Assembly: GCA_964016885.1 (NCBI GenBank)
Contig: OZ024742.1
Span: forward strand, 37,448,001-37,512,000
Direction of reading: 5' to 3'
Length of the DNA stretch: 64,000 bases
Source of the DNA: Eledone cirrhosa
Taxonomy: Eukaryota
Part shown: one piece after another, positions 61,949 through 64,000 of the stretch
Position numbering within the stretch: position 1 is the stretch's first letter
How the letters are laid out: each line of letters starts with the position of its first letter
Made by a program: the position numbers and the translations under genes
The notes under the pieces: model-generated
Told to the model about the DNA's origin: nothing
The model's input: only the letters and a program-made list of their open reading frames with translations
Databases searched by the model: none

Positions 61949-63825
61949 GGCAATATCCAATTTTACCGCCCGATTTGCTGCTGATGCTGTAGTTGCTGCT
62001 TACTGCTTGTTGCTAGCTGCTGCTACTGCTGACTTGCTGCTATTGTTGCTTAACTTGTGCTACTTACCTGCTTCACTGTATGAGGCTATTCCAACAAATT
62101 TACATTCTCTTTTTTTTAGCCGTTAAAAGAAATATAGATTTATTTATTTGCAACGTTTTTGTTTTTTTTTGCCAATGGGGCATAGATTTCTTTATTTGCC
62201 ACGTTTTTGTTTGTTTGTTTGTTTTTTTTTGCCAATTCGTGGAAAATACCCAAAGATTATTTATGAATTTCAGTTTAAAATCAATTATAAGATAATCACC
62301 GACAGAGGGCTAATATAAGTGAGAAAGTGATACTTATAATTTTGGGGTATATTGGCATAACTAGCTCCCTGCCGGTCATTTCAATGCAGATATTATTAAA
62401 GGTGAAATAACATAGTTCTGTTATCTTATAATTGATTTTAAACTGAAATTCATTCGTTCGAAAACATTCATTGAACACTGTACCACCAACCAGATTGCTG
62501 TTATAAATTACAACCCTGATTTGGAATTGCTGAATAAAGAAAATGCCTGGACGTCCACCTGCACCAATTTTCATTGTTGAAAATGTTAATTCATCACAGC
62601 AGACGTTAAATATGGATTTGAAAATGACGGAACTGGTGATTTTAACTGCAAACAAACTCAGTATTATTGAATTTATGGCTCGGAACCGATTAGTTTCAAA
62701 CACTATGAACTGTCCTTCATGTAATATTTCCTGTTCGTTTGTAAGTTACAAAGACAATCGACCAATTTCGATGGAAATGTAAGGTATGCAGTTTTACCAA
62801 ATCTGTCCGTTCTGGGTCATTTTTTTTTCGAAGCCACTTAGATTTACATCAAATGATTTATATGATTTACTTCTGGTCAATTGGGTCCGAAAATATTCTT
62901 ATTGCTGACGAGATTCGGTGTAGTGAAAACACCATTACTGACTGGTGCAACTTTTTACGGGATGTGTGCAGTGAATGGGTGGAGCGAAACCCATCAATAC
63001 TCGGTGGAATGGATGATGCCGGAGTCCCAATAGTTGTACAAATCGATGAAAGTAAATACTTTCATCGAAAGTACGCTCGTGGGACCTGGCATGAAGGCCA
63101 TTGGGTCATTGGTGGGATCGATACCAATAATCCCAGAAAAATGTTTATTGAAGAAGTCCCAGACCACACTGCTGAGACCTTGCTACTCATTATTGAAAAC
63201 CATGTGCTGAGTACATACGGACCAATGGCGTGCGTACAATCGCATACGACATATGCCTGGTAATTCACTAAATTTTGTCGATCCGGTATCAGGAACGCAT
63301 ACCCAGCACATTGAAGGACTCTGGTCTCATGCAAAAAAAAAAAAAAAAAAAAAAAAATGGCACTAGCCGACCCATGTTTCAGTCATATTTGAATGAATTC
63401 ATGTGGCGGTGGAGAAATGACAGCTTTATGAGTGGAGGCGGTAGATGTTTCCCAAAGATTTTAAACTGTATATCGGAATAATATATTGTTTAAAGAAATA
63501 TTTTTTTCTTTTTTATTGTTGCGATATACAGTTTAAAATTTGCTTCCAAAAGTTCAAAAAGATATAAATCTTTAAAAAAATTATAATAATTCTTTATTAT
63601 TATTTTCTTTTTCTGTAAATAATGCCCCAGTGGCAAATAAATCGCAAAAAAAACCAAGAAATTAACAAAAACGTTGCAAATAAATCTATATTTCTTTTAA
63701 CGGCTAAAAAAAAGGGAATGTAAATTTGTTGAAATAGCCTCATACAGTGAAGCAGGTAAGTAGCACAAGTTAAGCAACAAGTCACCAAGTAAGCAGCAAT
63801 TCGAGCGGTAAAATTGGATATCGCC
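61949..63825 (+). mobile_element. full-length Merlin (IS1595/ISXO2-like) DNA transposon, frameshifted transposase
   Basis: TIRs GGC(A/G)ATATCCAATTTTACCGC with ~200-bp imperfect subterminal IRs; 8-bp TSD AAAAATCT; VQIDESK, WVIGG, TDQWRAY, HTQHIEGLW, YLNEFMWR. Confidence 0.93.
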
Positions 63826-64000
63826 AAAAATCTTTTTTAACCGAATCATAGCGGGTGTTTTTCTATAAGCTCCACAGGAAATTAGCAATCTCCGTACATA
63901 ATGCCACAACTCAAACCGACATTATTATCAAACAATTTAATTTTACATTCATTAATTATCAATTAGTCATATTTTTTTTTTTACTAATAAAACATTCGAA

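Overview
AT-rich, repeat-dense animal genomic DNA. Its single-exon C2H2 zinc-finger gene, RTE LINEs, tRNA-SINEs and microsatellites suggest a coleoid cephalopod such as Octopus (inference). Host genes: the last six coding exons of a + strand SLC26 anion transporter (STAS domain, 6397-14959), an intronless 448-aa - strand ORF with two death-fold-like regions (24119-25465), and a 12-finger C2H2 ZNF (33154-34287). The rest is mostly transposon debris: RTE, CR1/L2, Tx1/L1, CRE-like, Penelope with hammerhead ribozymes, Gypsy and solo LTRs, hAT, mariner, and a complete Merlin with an 8-bp TSD. The most interesting part is ~44-64 kb, where nearly every recognisable insertion lies on the + strand. It contains endogenous viral elements: a rhabdovirus L fragment ([15 protein letters not shown]) and parvovirus (Hamaparvovirinae-like) capsid fragments, so it is a candidate piRNA-cluster or viral-memory locus. 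A near full-length U2 snRNA copy fused to an RTE 3' tail (candidate U2-derived SINE) lies at ~40.9-41.1 kb. Homology calls rest on motif recognition from memory, not database searches, and degenerate TE boundaries are approximate.
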